DNA of 54,415 bases from Flavobacteriales bacterium (GCA_020437805.1 JAGQVV010000130.1:1-54415); one strand, 5' to 3'. Numbered from the stretch's first letter, positions 26,529-35,872 are shown. A program made the numbers and translations. The notes: a model not told the origin generated them from the sequence alone.

Positions 26529-27769
26529 AGGATACCCTCCGAGAGGCCATCGAAGCCCTGAAGCCGGACCTTGTGAGGTGGCGCAGACACTTGCATCAGT
26601 ACCCGGAATTGTCCTTCCAGGAGATGGATACGGTGGACTATGTGACAGGGGTCTTACGGGCCGAGGGTATTGAATTCCGCGCTGGTGTGGGGCGGCTCGG
26701 TCCCGATTTGCCCGGTACGGGCGCTATCGCATTGGTCCGTGGTTCCCGGAACGGAACCAATGGATGTATCGCCCTACGTGCTGACCTCGATGCGCTTCCC
26801 ATTTTGGAAACCGGCAAAGAGGCCTATTGCTCGCGCCATGCGGGTGTGATGCACGCTTGTGGGCATGACGCACATACCGCCATGGTCCTGGGTGCGGGTC
26901 TGGCCTTGCACCGCTTGCGCGATGAATGGTCCGGAACGGTGATGTTGGTGTTCCAACCGGGAGAAGAGAAAGAGCCCGGTGGGGCGTCGCTCCTGATCAA
27001 GGAAGGGGTGTTCAATGACCCGAAGCCTACCGGCATGATCGGTCAGCATGTCACACCTGAATTGCCCGTGGGTAAGCTCGGCTTCCGTTCAGGTCCCTTC
27101 ATGGCAGCGGCCGATGAACTCTATATCACCGTGAAAGGCAGGGGTGGGCATGCGGGTTCGCCACACCTGTTGGTGGATCCTGTCGTCATTGCCGCTCACT
27201 TGTTGACTGCACTTCAACAGGTCGTCAGCCGTCGGAACAAGCCGGGCCGCCCCATGGTGATGTCCTTTGGTAAAGTGATCGCGAACGGTGCAACGAACAT
27301 CATTCCGGACGAGGTGAGGATCGAAGGGACCCTGAGGACCTTCGATGAACCTTGGCGCGCTGACCTGCACATGCTGTTGCCCGAAATGGCAACCGGTCTG
27401 GCGCGGTCGCTCGGCGGAGACGCTGTGTTCGAGATCGTGAAAGGGTCGCCTGCCGTGGTGTGCGATCCCGATCTGACGGAACGGGTGCGCGCGGCGGCCG
27501 TGGAATGGGTGGGAGAGGAGAACGTGGAGGATATGGAACTTCGAATGGGTGCCGAGGATTTCGCCTATTACACCCATGTCATGCCAGGAACATTCATACG
27601 CTTGGGAACAGGGAATCCTGACAAGGCCGGTACCACTTCCGGCCTGCATCGCCCGGAATTCGACATCGATGAGGATGCCTTGGTGATCGGAGCGGGAATG
27701 ATGGCCTGGGGAGCGCTTTGCGAACTTCGGACCGGCATCAGCGGACCTGGATATCGTCCACCTCGATGA
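26525..27769 (+). CDS. M20D-family amidohydrolase (N-acyl-amino-acid amidohydrolase / hippurate hydrolase-like)
   Basis: 414 aa with LRADLDALP, MHACGHDAHTAMVLGA and FQPGEE metal-ligand contexts. Confidence 0.85.
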   Translation: MKDTLREAIEALKPDLVRWRRHLHQYPELSFQEMDTVDYVTGVLRAEGIEFRAGVGRLGPDLPGTGAIALVRGSRNGTNGCIALRADLDALPILETGKEAYCSRHAGVMHACGHDAHTAMVLGAGLALHRLRDEWSGTVMLVFQPGEEKEPGGASLLIKEGVFNDPKPTGMIGQHVTPELPVGKLGFRSGPFMAAADELYITVKGRGGHAGSPHLLVDPVVIAAHLLTALQQVVSRRNKPGRPMVMSFGKVIANGATNIIPDEVRIEGTLRTFDEPWRADLHMLLPEMATGLARSLGGDAVFEIVKGSPAVVCDPDLTERVRAAAVEWVGEENVEDMELRMGAEDFAYYTHVMPGTFIRLGTGNPDKAGTTSGLHRPEFDIDEDALVIGAGMMAWGALCELRTGISGPGYRPPR

Positions 27770-28073
27770 CGGGTTTCCCATTGCGGGAATGCAATGTCAG
27801 TTCCACGGTGAGGTCGCTCTTGCCACGTGTGGTGTACAGGTCCATGCTCACATGAAAGGCCCCGGGCCAATTGCGAACGGCCTGCACATTCAGTGCTTTC
27901 CAATTCTGTTCGGGTGGCATGGTCAAAGGTGCGCTCAGGTCGGATAACATGTCCTCCATCTCGGCGGCTGTGAGTCGTACACCGTTGCTGGCCTTTTCAA
28001 GCTCATCGAAACGCCGCTCCACGAGCAGCTTCATCACGTGTTTCCCGACCAAGCTCAACTCATTCGGTCCCAT
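27738..28073 (-). CDS. Small hypothetical cytoplasmic protein
   Basis: 111 aa with an ATG start and no TM segment or signal peptide. I cannot assign a family. It is co-directional with recQ, 48 nt downstream of it. Confidence 0.45.
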   Translation of the reverse strand: MGPNELSLVGKHVMKLLVERRFDELEKASNGVRLTAAEMEDMLSDLSAPLTMPPEQNWKALNVQAVRNWPGAFHVSMDLYTTRGKSDLTVELTLHSRNGKPVIEVDDIQVR

Positions 28074-28121
28074 GGTGCGGAAATTTCAGTGGGCCCATTC
28101 GCACATCCGTGTTCGCCCGGG

Positions 28122-30302
28122 TCAGTTGGCCACTTCACTCATGAACTTCAGTCGGATGAGCCGGAGTTCTTCTTCGCTGTATGCGTTGTCGAATTCCTGC
28201 AAGGCGGTTTCGATATCATCCGTCTCGCTCTCACGGAAATAGTCCATGAGCTCGTCCTGCGAGTCCGACTCCAGGACTTCGTTGATATGGTAATTGATGT
28301 CCAGCTTCGTCCCGCTGGTCACAATGCTCTCCAATTCGGTGAGCAACGTGTCCATCGTAAGACCTTTGCCCCGGGCGATCGCGTCCAGTGGTAGGCGCTT
28401 ATCGATGTTCTGGATGATATGCACCTTATTGCCGCTCTTGTTCACCACGGAACGGACCACGACATCTTCCATGCGCTCGATGTTGTGCTCCTCCACATAG
28501 GCCGCGATAAGGTCGACAAAGGGCTTTCCATACTTCTGTGCCTTGCCGGGACCGACACCGGAGATCTGGGTGAGTTCGGCAATGGTCCTTGGGTAGCGCA
28601 TCGTCATTTCCTCCAAGGAAGGCTCTTGGAAGAGCACGTATGGCGGTAATTTCTGCTTCCGGGCGATCTGCTGGCGCAAGTCCCGCAGCATCTTCATCAG
28701 TCGTTCGTCCGAGGCTCCGCGCCCTCCACCACCGGCCTCTTCAGCAGCCTCTTCCGCGCCATAGTCACGTTCCTTCACGAAGGTCACCGCCCAAGGCTTC
28801 TTTCGGAACTTCTTGCCTTGTTCTGTCAGGCTCAGGTTCCCATAGGTCTCAATGTCCTTGTGGAGGAAACCATGCACAAGCGCTTGGCGGAACAAGGCCA
28901 TCCAGTGGCGGTCATCCTTGTCCGAGCCCTTGCCATAGATCTTCAGCTTCCCCCCTTTGTAGGTCTTGATCTCCGAGGTCTCGGTACCGGTGAGAAGATC
29001 GCAGATGTACTTGGCACGATGACGTTGCTTGCTTTCCACCACCGCATCCAACATCAACAAGAGGTCATCCTTCGCCTCAAAGGATTCCTGCGGGTGGAGA
29101 CAGTTGTCGCAACTGCCACAGGTATTCCCCTCCATCTCCTCCCCGAAATAATGTAGGAGGTATTTCCGACGGCACATGCTCGTTTCCGCATAGCCCACTG
29201 TGTCCTGGAGCAGTTGCTTTCCGATCTCCTGTTCGGCAACGGGTTTGCCCTGCAGGAATTTTTCGAGCTTTTCGATGTCCTTGTAACTGTAGAAGGCCAC
29301 GCATCGGCCTTCGCCACCATCGCGCCCGCCCCTTCCGGTTTCCTGGTAGTAGCTCTCAAGGCTCTTTGGTATGTCGTGGTGGATCACGAAACGTACGTCC
29401 GGCTTGTCGATCCCCATCCCGAATGCAATGGTGGCCACGATCACATCCACCTCTTCCATCAGGAACTTGTCCTGGTGCGAGGCACGCTGATTGGCGTCCA
29501 TGCCCGCATGGTAGGGTAGAGCCTTGATCCCGTTCACCGAAAGGGTCTCAGCCACCTCTTCCACTTTCTTCCGACTGAGGCAGTATATGATGCCGCTGCG
29601 TCCTTCATGCAACTTCACGAAACGAGTGATCTCCCGGTTCACATCACGTTTCGGGCGCACCTCGTAGTACAGGTTCGGCCTGTTGAACGAGGCTTTGAAC
29701 GTATTGGCATCGGAAATGTCCAGGTTCTTCAGGATGTCCTCCTGGACCTTGTCCGTCGCGGTGGCGGTAAGCGCAATGACGGGCACCCGTTGGATCTCGT
29801 CGAAGATCGTGCGCAGGCGTCGGTATTCGGGCCGAAAATCGTGCCCCCATTCACTGATGCAATGGGCTTCGTCTATGGCGAAGAAACTGATGTTGATCTC
29901 CGAAAGGAACTCCACGTTCTCCTTCTTGGTCAAGGACTCAGGAGCCACATAGAGGAGTTTCGTTCGGCCCGCGGTGATGTCCTTCTTCACCTGCAACGCC
30001 TCGTTCCGGGTGAGCGAACTGTTCAGGAAGTGTGCGATACCATCCTCCGAACTGAAGCTCCGGATGGCGTCCACCTGGTTCTTCATGAGCGCGATGAGCG
30101 GGCTCACCACGATCGCGGTGCCCTCCATCATCACGGCGGGCAGTTGGTAGCACAGGCTCTTCCCACCTCCGGTGGGCATGATCACGAAGGTGTCACGGCC
30201 GTCCAATACGCTTTGGACGATGTCTTCTTGGTCACCCTTGAACTGACTGAATCCGAAGAACTGTTCGAGAGCCTCCCGGGAGGAAACGGCAACTTTGGTC
30301 AT
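28122..30302 (-). CDS. recQ: ATP-dependent DNA helicase RecQ
   Basis: 726 aa with helicase motif I MPTGGGKS, DEAHCISEWGHDFRPEY, a Zn-binding Cys cluster (CRRKYLLHYFGE...CGSCDNC) and a C-terminal HRDC. Confidence 0.95.
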   Translation of the reverse strand: MTKVAVSSREALEQFFGFSQFKGDQEDIVQSVLDGRDTFVIMPTGGGKSLCYQLPAVMMEGTAIVVSPLIALMKNQVDAIRSFSSEDGIAHFLNSSLTRNEALQVKKDITAGRTKLLYVAPESLTKKENVEFLSEINISFFAIDEAHCISEWGHDFRPEYRRLRTIFDEIQRVPVIALTATATDKVQEDILKNLDISDANTFKASFNRPNLYYEVRPKRDVNREITRFVKLHEGRSGIIYCLSRKKVEEVAETLSVNGIKALPYHAGMDANQRASHQDKFLMEEVDVIVATIAFGMGIDKPDVRFVIHHDIPKSLESYYQETGRGGRDGGEGRCVAFYSYKDIEKLEKFLQGKPVAEQEIGKQLLQDTVGYAETSMCRRKYLLHYFGEEMEGNTCGSCDNCLHPQESFEAKDDLLLMLDAVVESKQRHRAKYICDLLTGTETSEIKTYKGGKLKIYGKGSDKDDRHWMALFRQALVHGFLHKDIETYGNLSLTEQGKKFRKKPWAVTFVKERDYGAEEAAEEAGGGGRGASDERLMKMLRDLRQQIARKQKLPPYVLFQEPSLEEMTMRYPRTIAELTQISGVGPGKAQKYGKPFVDLIAAYVEEHNIERMEDVVVRSVVNKSGNKVHIIQNIDKRLPLDAIARGKGLTMDTLLTELESIVTSGTKLDINYHINEVLESDSQDELMDYFRESETDDIETALQEFDNAYSEEELRLIRLKFMSEVAN

Positions 30303-30481
30303 AACGGTTCGCGACCTGAGCGTGATCGCACTTTTAAGAACGCCCTAAGGTAGTACAATCGACCTCTACATCGGCGGATCATTCGACCATCTTTTTCGGC
30401 GATCCGATCAACCGGCGGATCCGCTCGTGGAACTCGTTGATAACTGGGGTATTTCGTCCTTACAAGCCATCCACCTCGATC

Positions 30482-30489
30482 TATCTTTG
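30482..30489 (+). promoter_or_regulatory. Putative -7 promoter box for tatC
   Basis: TATCTTTG (TAnnTTTG), 19 nt before TTG 30509 and 46 nt before ATG 30536. Confidence 0.3.
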
Positions 30490-30535
30490 ACCGCACGAGG
30501 CTCCTGTTTTGGCCAATTCCCAGTCCGGTCCGGAA

Positions 30536-31354
30536 ATGACGTTCCTGGAGCATCTTGAGGAGCTCCGGTGGACCTTGGTGCGTTCCGCCATTGCTGTGGC
30601 CGTGGGTATGCTTGCCGCCTTCATCGCCAAGGACCTGGTCTTCGACCACATCATACTCAGCGCCAAGGAACCGACGTTCATCACATACAGGGCCTTCTGT
30701 GCATTGGGCCATCGGATAGGCATGGGCGATTCGCTTTGCCCGATGCCGCTTCCTCTTAGCCTGCAGAACATCAATATGAGCGGGCAGTTCTTCACCCACC
30801 TCATGGTCTCCTTCGTGGCGGGCTTCATCATGGCCTTCCCCTATGTGCTATGGGAGATATGGCGATTCATAGCACCCGGCCTGCATGGTTCGGAAAAACG
30901 TTCGTTGCGCGGTTTGGTGGCCTTCGCCTCGGTCCTGTTCTTCGTTGGGGTCGGTTTCGGGTATTTCATGCTGGCGCCACTGAGCATCCAGTTCTTCGGG
31001 ACGTATCAGGTCAGCGCTTCCGTGCAGAACACGATCGCGTTGGATAGTTACATCGCCATGGTCACCTCTGTCACGCTATGGACGGGGGTGATCTTTGAAC
31101 TACCGCTGGTGATCATGTTCCTCACCCGGGCCGGTATCGTGGAGCCGCAGATGCTGCGGACCTACCGGAAGCATGCCTTCGTGGGCCTTTTGATCATCTC
31201 CGCGATCCTTACCCCACCTGATGTGGTGAGCCAGCTGATCGTGTGCGGTCCGCTTATGCTCCTATACGAGGCGGGGATCATGATATCGGCCCGGACACTG
31301 CGCCGAATGCGAACAGCAAAGGCCGCACAACACGCAGCGGTCAGCGGGTCATGA
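30536..31354 (+). CDS. tatC: Twin-arginine translocase subunit TatC
   Basis: MTFLEHLEELRWTLVRS... with 6 TM segments. ATG 30536 is preferred over the TTG at 30509 listed in the ORF track. Confidence 0.9.
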   Translation: MTFLEHLEELRWTLVRSAIAVAVGMLAAFIAKDLVFDHIILSAKEPTFITYRAFCALGHRIGMGDSLCPMPLPLSLQNINMSGQFFTHLMVSFVAGFIMAFPYVLWEIWRFIAPGLHGSEKRSLRGLVAFASVLFFVGVGFGYFMLAPLSIQFFGTYQVSASVQNTIALDSYIAMVTSVTLWTGVIFELPLVIMFLTRAGIVEPQMLRTYRKHAFVGLLIISAILTPPDVVSQLIVCGPLMLLYEAGIMISARTLRRMRTAKAAQHAAVSGS

Positions 31355-33846
31355 TGTCGCGTTCGGTCAAATACCGTGCGCTGGTCACGCTGGTGTGCCT
31401 GATGGGCCTTGGAGGTGGGTTCGCCCAGACCACCCGCATATCTGGCAAGGTCACCGATGCTCGAACAGGGGAGACCCTACCCTTCGTGAACATCGCATTC
31501 ATCGACAGCCGCATCGGAACGACCACGGATATCGAGGGCGATTATGCCTTCGACACCTACTACGCTACGGACTCCATTCGAGCCTCTTCCATAGGGTACC
31601 TAAGCAAGACCGTACCTGTTCGTAGGGACAGAGTTCAAGTGATCGATATCGCCCTTGAACCGAGCCGCGTGGAGCTTGCGGAGGTCATCATCCGGCCACC
31701 GGACGAGAATCCGGCATTCGCCATACTCCGGCGTGTTGTCCAGCACAAGGAGACGAACAATCGTGAGAAGCTTTCTGCATACTCCTATGAAGCATACAAC
31801 AAGATAGAGTTCGACCTGAACAACATCACGGAGGAGTTCACCCAGAAGAAGCTTTTCAAACCCTTCGCATTCATCTTCGAGAACGTGGATAGTACGGATG
31901 CCAAACCCTACCTCCCGATATTCATGACCGAGACCCTGTCCGAGGTGTACTATCGACAGAAGCCCAAGACCCGTAAGGAATTCATCCAAGGCACCAAGGT
32001 GAGCGGTATCGAGAACGAAAGCGTGTCGCAGTTCATGGGCGACATGTACCAGAACGTGAATATCTACGACAACTTCCTTGTGATCTTCGGAAAGAACTTC
32101 GTGAGTCCTATTGCCGATGGCGGTAAGGGGTTCTACGACTATTACCTCACGGACAGTGCTTTCGTGGGCAAGTATTGGTGCTACAAGCTCGAGTTCAAGC
32201 CCAAACGCGTTCAGGAGCTCGCCTTCATGGGTGAAATGTGGATCAACGACACGACCTATGCCGTGCGACGGATCGAAGCCGGGATCGCTGAAGGGGCCAA
32301 CCTGAACTTCGTGGAGGCGTTCAGCGTGCGGCAGGAGTATGATCAGGTGGAGAGCGAGGTGTGGATGCTCACGCGCGATGAACTCGTGGTGGACCTGAAC
32401 GTGCTGAAGGATACCGGAGAACCGAACAAGAACCCGGTCCAGGGACTGTATGGAAGACGAACGGCCAGCTACAAGGAATTCGTGATCAATGAATTGCTGG
32501 ATGAAGCATTCTATGTGGGCCCTGAGGAAGTGGTGATGGCCATCGATCCTTTGAGCCTCGGGGCCGATTACTGGGATACGAATCGGCACGTTCCGCTTAC
32601 CGCCAAGGAGAACACGATCTACCACATGGTGGACACCATGAAGACCATCCCTCGGTTCCGTACCTATATCGACATCGTCAATACGGTCGTGACCGGGTAC
32701 TATCCCTTGGGCATGGTGGAGCTTGGTCCTTACTTCACCACTTACAGCTGGAACCTGGTGGAGGGGAACCGCTTCCGAATGGGCGCTCGAACGAGCAGTA
32801 AGTTCAGCCGCAGGGTGGAATTCGAAGGGTACCTCGCCTATGGTACACTGGACCATGAGTTCAAATACAGCCTCGGTGGCAAGGGCTTCATCACCAAAGA
32901 CCCACGCTTGATCCTCGGCCTGTATTACAAGAGGGATGTGGAACAGTTGGGTCAGAGCACCAACGCTTTCCGGCAGGACAATATCCTCTCCTCCGCATTC
33001 AGGCGAACCCCGAACAACAAGCTGACCATGGTGCGCGAGTACCAGGTGTACTTGGAACGGGAGTGGTTCATGGGCCTGAGCAGTTCGGCCATGTTCCAGG
33101 TCCGGGATCTATCGCCGCGCGGATCCTTGAGCTACGTGAGCTTGAACGATGCCGGTGAGCCTGACACCTTGTCGAGCATCTCCACCACGGAGATCGTGCT
33201 TGGTGGAAGGTTCATGTACAAGGAGAAGTTCGTGGCCGGTGATTTCACCCGGGTAAGCCTTGGTTCCCGATACCCCTCTTTGGAGGTACAGCTCGGTCAA
33301 GGAATGAAAGGCGTGATCGGCGGTGACTATGATTACACCAGGCTTTTGGCACGCATCCAACACCGGGTCCAGCTGGGGCCACTTGGTTTCTTGCGCTATA
33401 CCGTGAACGGTGGGCAGATCTTCGGGACCTTGCCGTACCCTCTTCTTGCGATCCATGCTGGCAACGAGACCTTCTATTACGATGATATCGCGTTCAACAC
33501 CATGAACTTCTTCGAGTTCATCAGTGATCGTTTCGCTAGCGTCTTCGTGGAGCAGCATTTCGAGGGGTTGTTCTTCAACCGCGTCCCGCTGTTCCGCCGA
33601 TTGAAGTGGCGCGAAGTGGTGGGTGCCAAGGTGGTGGTGGGCAGCTTGCAACAGAAGAACCGCGATGCCATGGAACTCCTTCCCTTCATGTTCGACCTGA
33701 GTGGAGGACCCTTCGCCGAAGTGAGCTTCGGGGTGGAGAACATCTTCAAGATCCTGGAGGTGGACATGATCCGACGGCTCAATTACCTTGACCATCCGAA
33801 TGTGCGCGATTGGGCGTTCCGCTTGAAGCTCAACATCACCTTCTGA
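31351..33846 (+). CDS. CarboxypepD_reg-like + DUF5686-type large envelope protein
   Basis: From ATG 31351, which overlaps the tatC stop (ATGA). It has a signal peptide followed by TTRISGKVTDARTGETLPFVNIAFIDSRIGTTTDIEGDYAF (carboxypeptidase-regulatory-like fold). At ~830 aa its length and layout fit the DUF5686 family as I recall it. Confidence 0.65.
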   Translation: MMSRSVKYRALVTLVCLMGLGGGFAQTTRISGKVTDARTGETLPFVNIAFIDSRIGTTTDIEGDYAFDTYYATDSIRASSIGYLSKTVPVRRDRVQVIDIALEPSRVELAEVIIRPPDENPAFAILRRVVQHKETNNREKLSAYSYEAYNKIEFDLNNITEEFTQKKLFKPFAFIFENVDSTDAKPYLPIFMTETLSEVYYRQKPKTRKEFIQGTKVSGIENESVSQFMGDMYQNVNIYDNFLVIFGKNFVSPIADGGKGFYDYYLTDSAFVGKYWCYKLEFKPKRVQELAFMGEMWINDTTYAVRRIEAGIAEGANLNFVEAFSVRQEYDQVESEVWMLTRDELVVDLNVLKDTGEPNKNPVQGLYGRRTASYKEFVINELLDEAFYVGPEEVVMAIDPLSLGADYWDTNRHVPLTAKENTIYHMVDTMKTIPRFRTYIDIVNTVVTGYYPLGMVELGPYFTTYSWNLVEGNRFRMGARTSSKFSRRVEFEGYLAYGTLDHEFKYSLGGKGFITKDPRLILGLYYKRDVEQLGQSTNAFRQDNILSSAFRRTPNNKLTMVREYQVYLEREWFMGLSSSAMFQVRDLSPRGSLSYVSLNDAGEPDTLSSISTTEIVLGGRFMYKEKFVAGDFTRVSLGSRYPSLEVQLGQGMKGVIGGDYDYTRLLARIQHRVQLGPLGFLRYTVNGGQIFGTLPYPLLAIHAGNETFYYDDIAFNTMNFFEFISDRFASVFVEQHFEGLFFNRVPLFRRLKWREVVGAKVVVGSLQQKNRDAMELLPFMFDLSGGPFAEVSFGVENIFKILEVDMIRRLNYLDHPNVRDWAFRLKLNITF

Positions 33847-33849
33847 CGC

Positions 33850-34578
33850 ATGCTACGAGCGGAGAACATCATCAAACGATACAAGCGACGGACCGTCGTG
33901 GGCGGCGTGAGCGTGCAGGTGGGCCAAGGGGAGATCGTCGGTCTGCTCGGGCCCAACGGTGCGGGCAAGACCACCAGCTTCTACATGATCGTGGGCTTGG
34001 TGAAGCCCAACGAGGGCCGGATCTTCTTGGACCAGGAGGACATCACCGATATGGCCATGTACAGGAGGGCCAAGAAAGGGATCGGTTACCTGCCGCAAGA
34101 GCCCAGCGTGTTCCGTAAGTTGACCGTGGAGGACAACATCAAGGCGATACTGGAGATCAGCGGAAAGACCAAGCAGCAACAAGCCGCGAAATTGGAAGAG
34201 CTCTTGGACGAATTCGGTCTACAGCATGTGCGCACCAACATGGGCGATGTGCTGAGCGGGGGTGAACGACGACGTACCGAGATCGCGCGAGCCCTGGCCA
34301 CTGACCCCCGGTTCATTCTATTGGACGAACCGTTCGCCGGGGTGGACCCGATCGCCGTGGAGGACATCCAGAGCATTGTTGCCAAGTTGAAGGGGAAGAA
34401 CATCGGGATCCTGATAACGGACCATAACGTGCAAGAAACCTTGAGCATTACGGACAGGGCCTACCTGCTGTTCGAAGGAAAGATCCTGAAGCAAGGGACC
34501 GCAGAGGAACTCGCCGCCGATGAGACGGTCCGTAAGGTGTACCTCGGAAAGAATTTCGAGCTACGCCGTAAGGTCTGA
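33850..34578 (+). CDS. lptB: LPS export ABC transporter ATP-binding protein LptB
   Basis: 242 aa with [27 protein letters not shown] and [12 protein letters not shown]. It starts 3 nt after the previous stop. Confidence 0.9.
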   Translation: MLRAENIIKRYKRRTVVGGVSVQVGQGEIVGLLGPNGAGKTTSFYMIVGLVKPNEGRIFLDQEDITDMAMYRRAKKGIGYLPQEPSVFRKLTVEDNIKAILEISGKTKQQQAAKLEELLDEFGLQHVRTNMGDVLSGGERRRTEIARALATDPRFILLDEPFAGVDPIAVEDIQSIVAKLKGKNIGILITDHNVQETLSITDRAYLLFEGKILKQGTAEELAADETVRKVYLGKNFELRRKV

Positions 34579-34779
34579 TGGCATTCCAGGCTTGATCCTG
34601 GATCGCGAAAAGGCATTGGTAAGACCTCTTGTGGATCCGGGAAGGAAAGCGGCCACAGCACGACAGCCTGCTTCCATTTACAGTCCGCAGCCTTGTGTCC
34701 GTCCGAACATTCACTCACGAAGAGTTGGGTGGTCCGACCCTTGCCACTCGCCCGTTGGAACTTGTGCCTTGCGCCTTCA

Positions 34780-35034
34780 TCAGGCCTCCTCGACGGAGAA
34801 ACTGTACTTCTCCATGACCTGATTGGCCAACAGTTTCTTGCAGGCCTCGTCCACCTTCGCTTCCGCGCCCTTCTTGTCCTTCGCTTCCACGAGAAGGGTG
34901 ATGTGCTTGCCGATACGCACGCCTGTGATCCCGGGCAGGCCCAGGTTCTGCATGCTGCCGCTAACGGCTTTTCCCTGCGGGTCCAACAGGTTGTCGTGGG
35001 GCATCACATCAATGGAAGCTCGGAAGTTCTTCAT
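34780..35034 (-). CDS. purS: Phosphoribosylformylglycinamidine synthase subunit PurS
   Basis: Trimmed to ATG 35032-35034 (MKNFRASIDVMPHDNLLDPQGKAVSGSMQNLGL...), giving 84 aa. ATGA overlap with the pssA stop. Confidence 0.8.
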   Translation of the reverse strand: MKNFRASIDVMPHDNLLDPQGKAVSGSMQNLGLPGITGVRIGKHITLLVEAKDKKGAEAKVDEACKKLLANQVMEKYSFSVEEA

Positions 35035-35762
35035 GTCGTCTTTGGAAAGACCTTGCCCCACAGCGGGCTAAGGAGGTACAAAAGTAGGATCATCGGCACA
35101 GCGCGGATGCCATAAAGGATGACCAGGACCGACCCGATGCCGATCAAGAGGAATATGACCTCGTTCCCTTTCCACTTGAAGTGCTTGAATTTCAGCGACG
35201 GAAGGGGGAGTTCAGAGAGCATCAACGAACTTGTGACCAGTGCTATTATGGGTACGGCACCAGGGAACCAACCGAATGAGAACCAGGATGCTCCTCCTTG
35301 CTCCGACCCTGCCAATGCGACATGGGCCAGTACGACGGACACCCAGAACAGACCGTTGGCGGGGGTGGGAAGGCCCAAGAACCCGGAGGTTTGCCTTGTG
35401 TCGATGTTGAACTTCGCCAGCCTCCAGGCGGAGGCTATGACAAGTGCGATACATCCGAGGATGAACGCCCATGGCTGCGTTCCTTCCTGGGCGAGGAAAT
35501 AATGACCGGCTTTGAAAACGGCGAAAGCCGGTGCCACCCCGAACGTTACCATGTCCGCCAGGCTGTCCAATTGAGCACCCAAAGGAGTACCGCCTCCCAA
35601 AGCCCGAGCGGCCAATCCATCCAGCACATCGAAGAAGGCGCCAGCGAACACCAGCCAACACGCCGTTGTTAGCTGTCCTTGGGAGGCGAACAATATGGAC
35701 GAAACGCCACACGCTAGGTTCGCGGTTGTCAGGAGGTCCGGAAGCCGGGGTAGGCGTGCCAT
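35031..35762 (-). CDS. pssA: CDP-alcohol phosphatidyltransferase (CDP-diacylglycerol--serine O-phosphatidyltransferase-like)
   Basis: Trimmed to ATG 35760-35762 (MARLPRLPDLLTTANLACG...). Contains the DGx2ARx8Gx3Dx3D motif: DVLDGLAARALGGGTPLGAQLDSLAD. Confidence 0.8.
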   Translation of the reverse strand: MARLPRLPDLLTTANLACGVSSILFASQGQLTTACWLVFAGAFFDVLDGLAARALGGGTPLGAQLDSLADMVTFGVAPAFAVFKAGHYFLAQEGTQPWAFILGCIALVIASAWRLAKFNIDTRQTSGFLGLPTPANGLFWVSVVLAHVALAGSEQGGASWFSFGWFPGAVPIIALVTSSLMLSELPLPSLKFKHFKWKGNEVIFLLIGIGSVLVILYGIRAVPMILLLYLLSPLWGKVFPKTT

Positions 35763-35766
35763 GGGT

Positions 35767-35799
35767 GCGCGCCGAGAACGGGGACCGCTCTCGGCGCGC
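35767..35799. repeat. Perfect 11-bp GC-rich inverted repeat with an 11-nt loop
   Basis: GCGCGCCGAGA (35767-35777) / TCTCGGCGCGC (35789-35799). It begins 5 nt upstream of the pssA start codon, in the divergent pssA / PorV-like intergenic region. Confidence 0.6.
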
Positions 35800-35872
35800 C
35801 GAAGTTGGGTAATTTCGGGGCAATGATCCAGGCCACCCGGAGTTATATGCTGCGTCAAGTAAGAAGTACAAG

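Noticed and set aside
30303-30330. tRNA-like GGTTCG motif near the recQ start
   Set aside because: The T-loop consensus fails (GTTCGCGAC instead of GTTCRANYC). I could not draw an acceptor or anticodon stem around it.
30372-30421. Short direct repeats considered as a mini CRISPR or other array
   Set aside because: The repeats are only 9 nt with 2-3 imperfect copies and irregular spacing, and there are no cas genes in the window.
31600-32856. 418-aa ORF antisense to the DUF5686-like gene. Similar long antisense ORFs occur at 3765-5159, 6524-7285, 36925-37887, 40864-41589 and 50366-51220.
   Set aside because: Each is fully contained in a gene on the opposite strand that has recognisable family signatures. 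None has a signal peptide, a TM pattern or a motif of its own.
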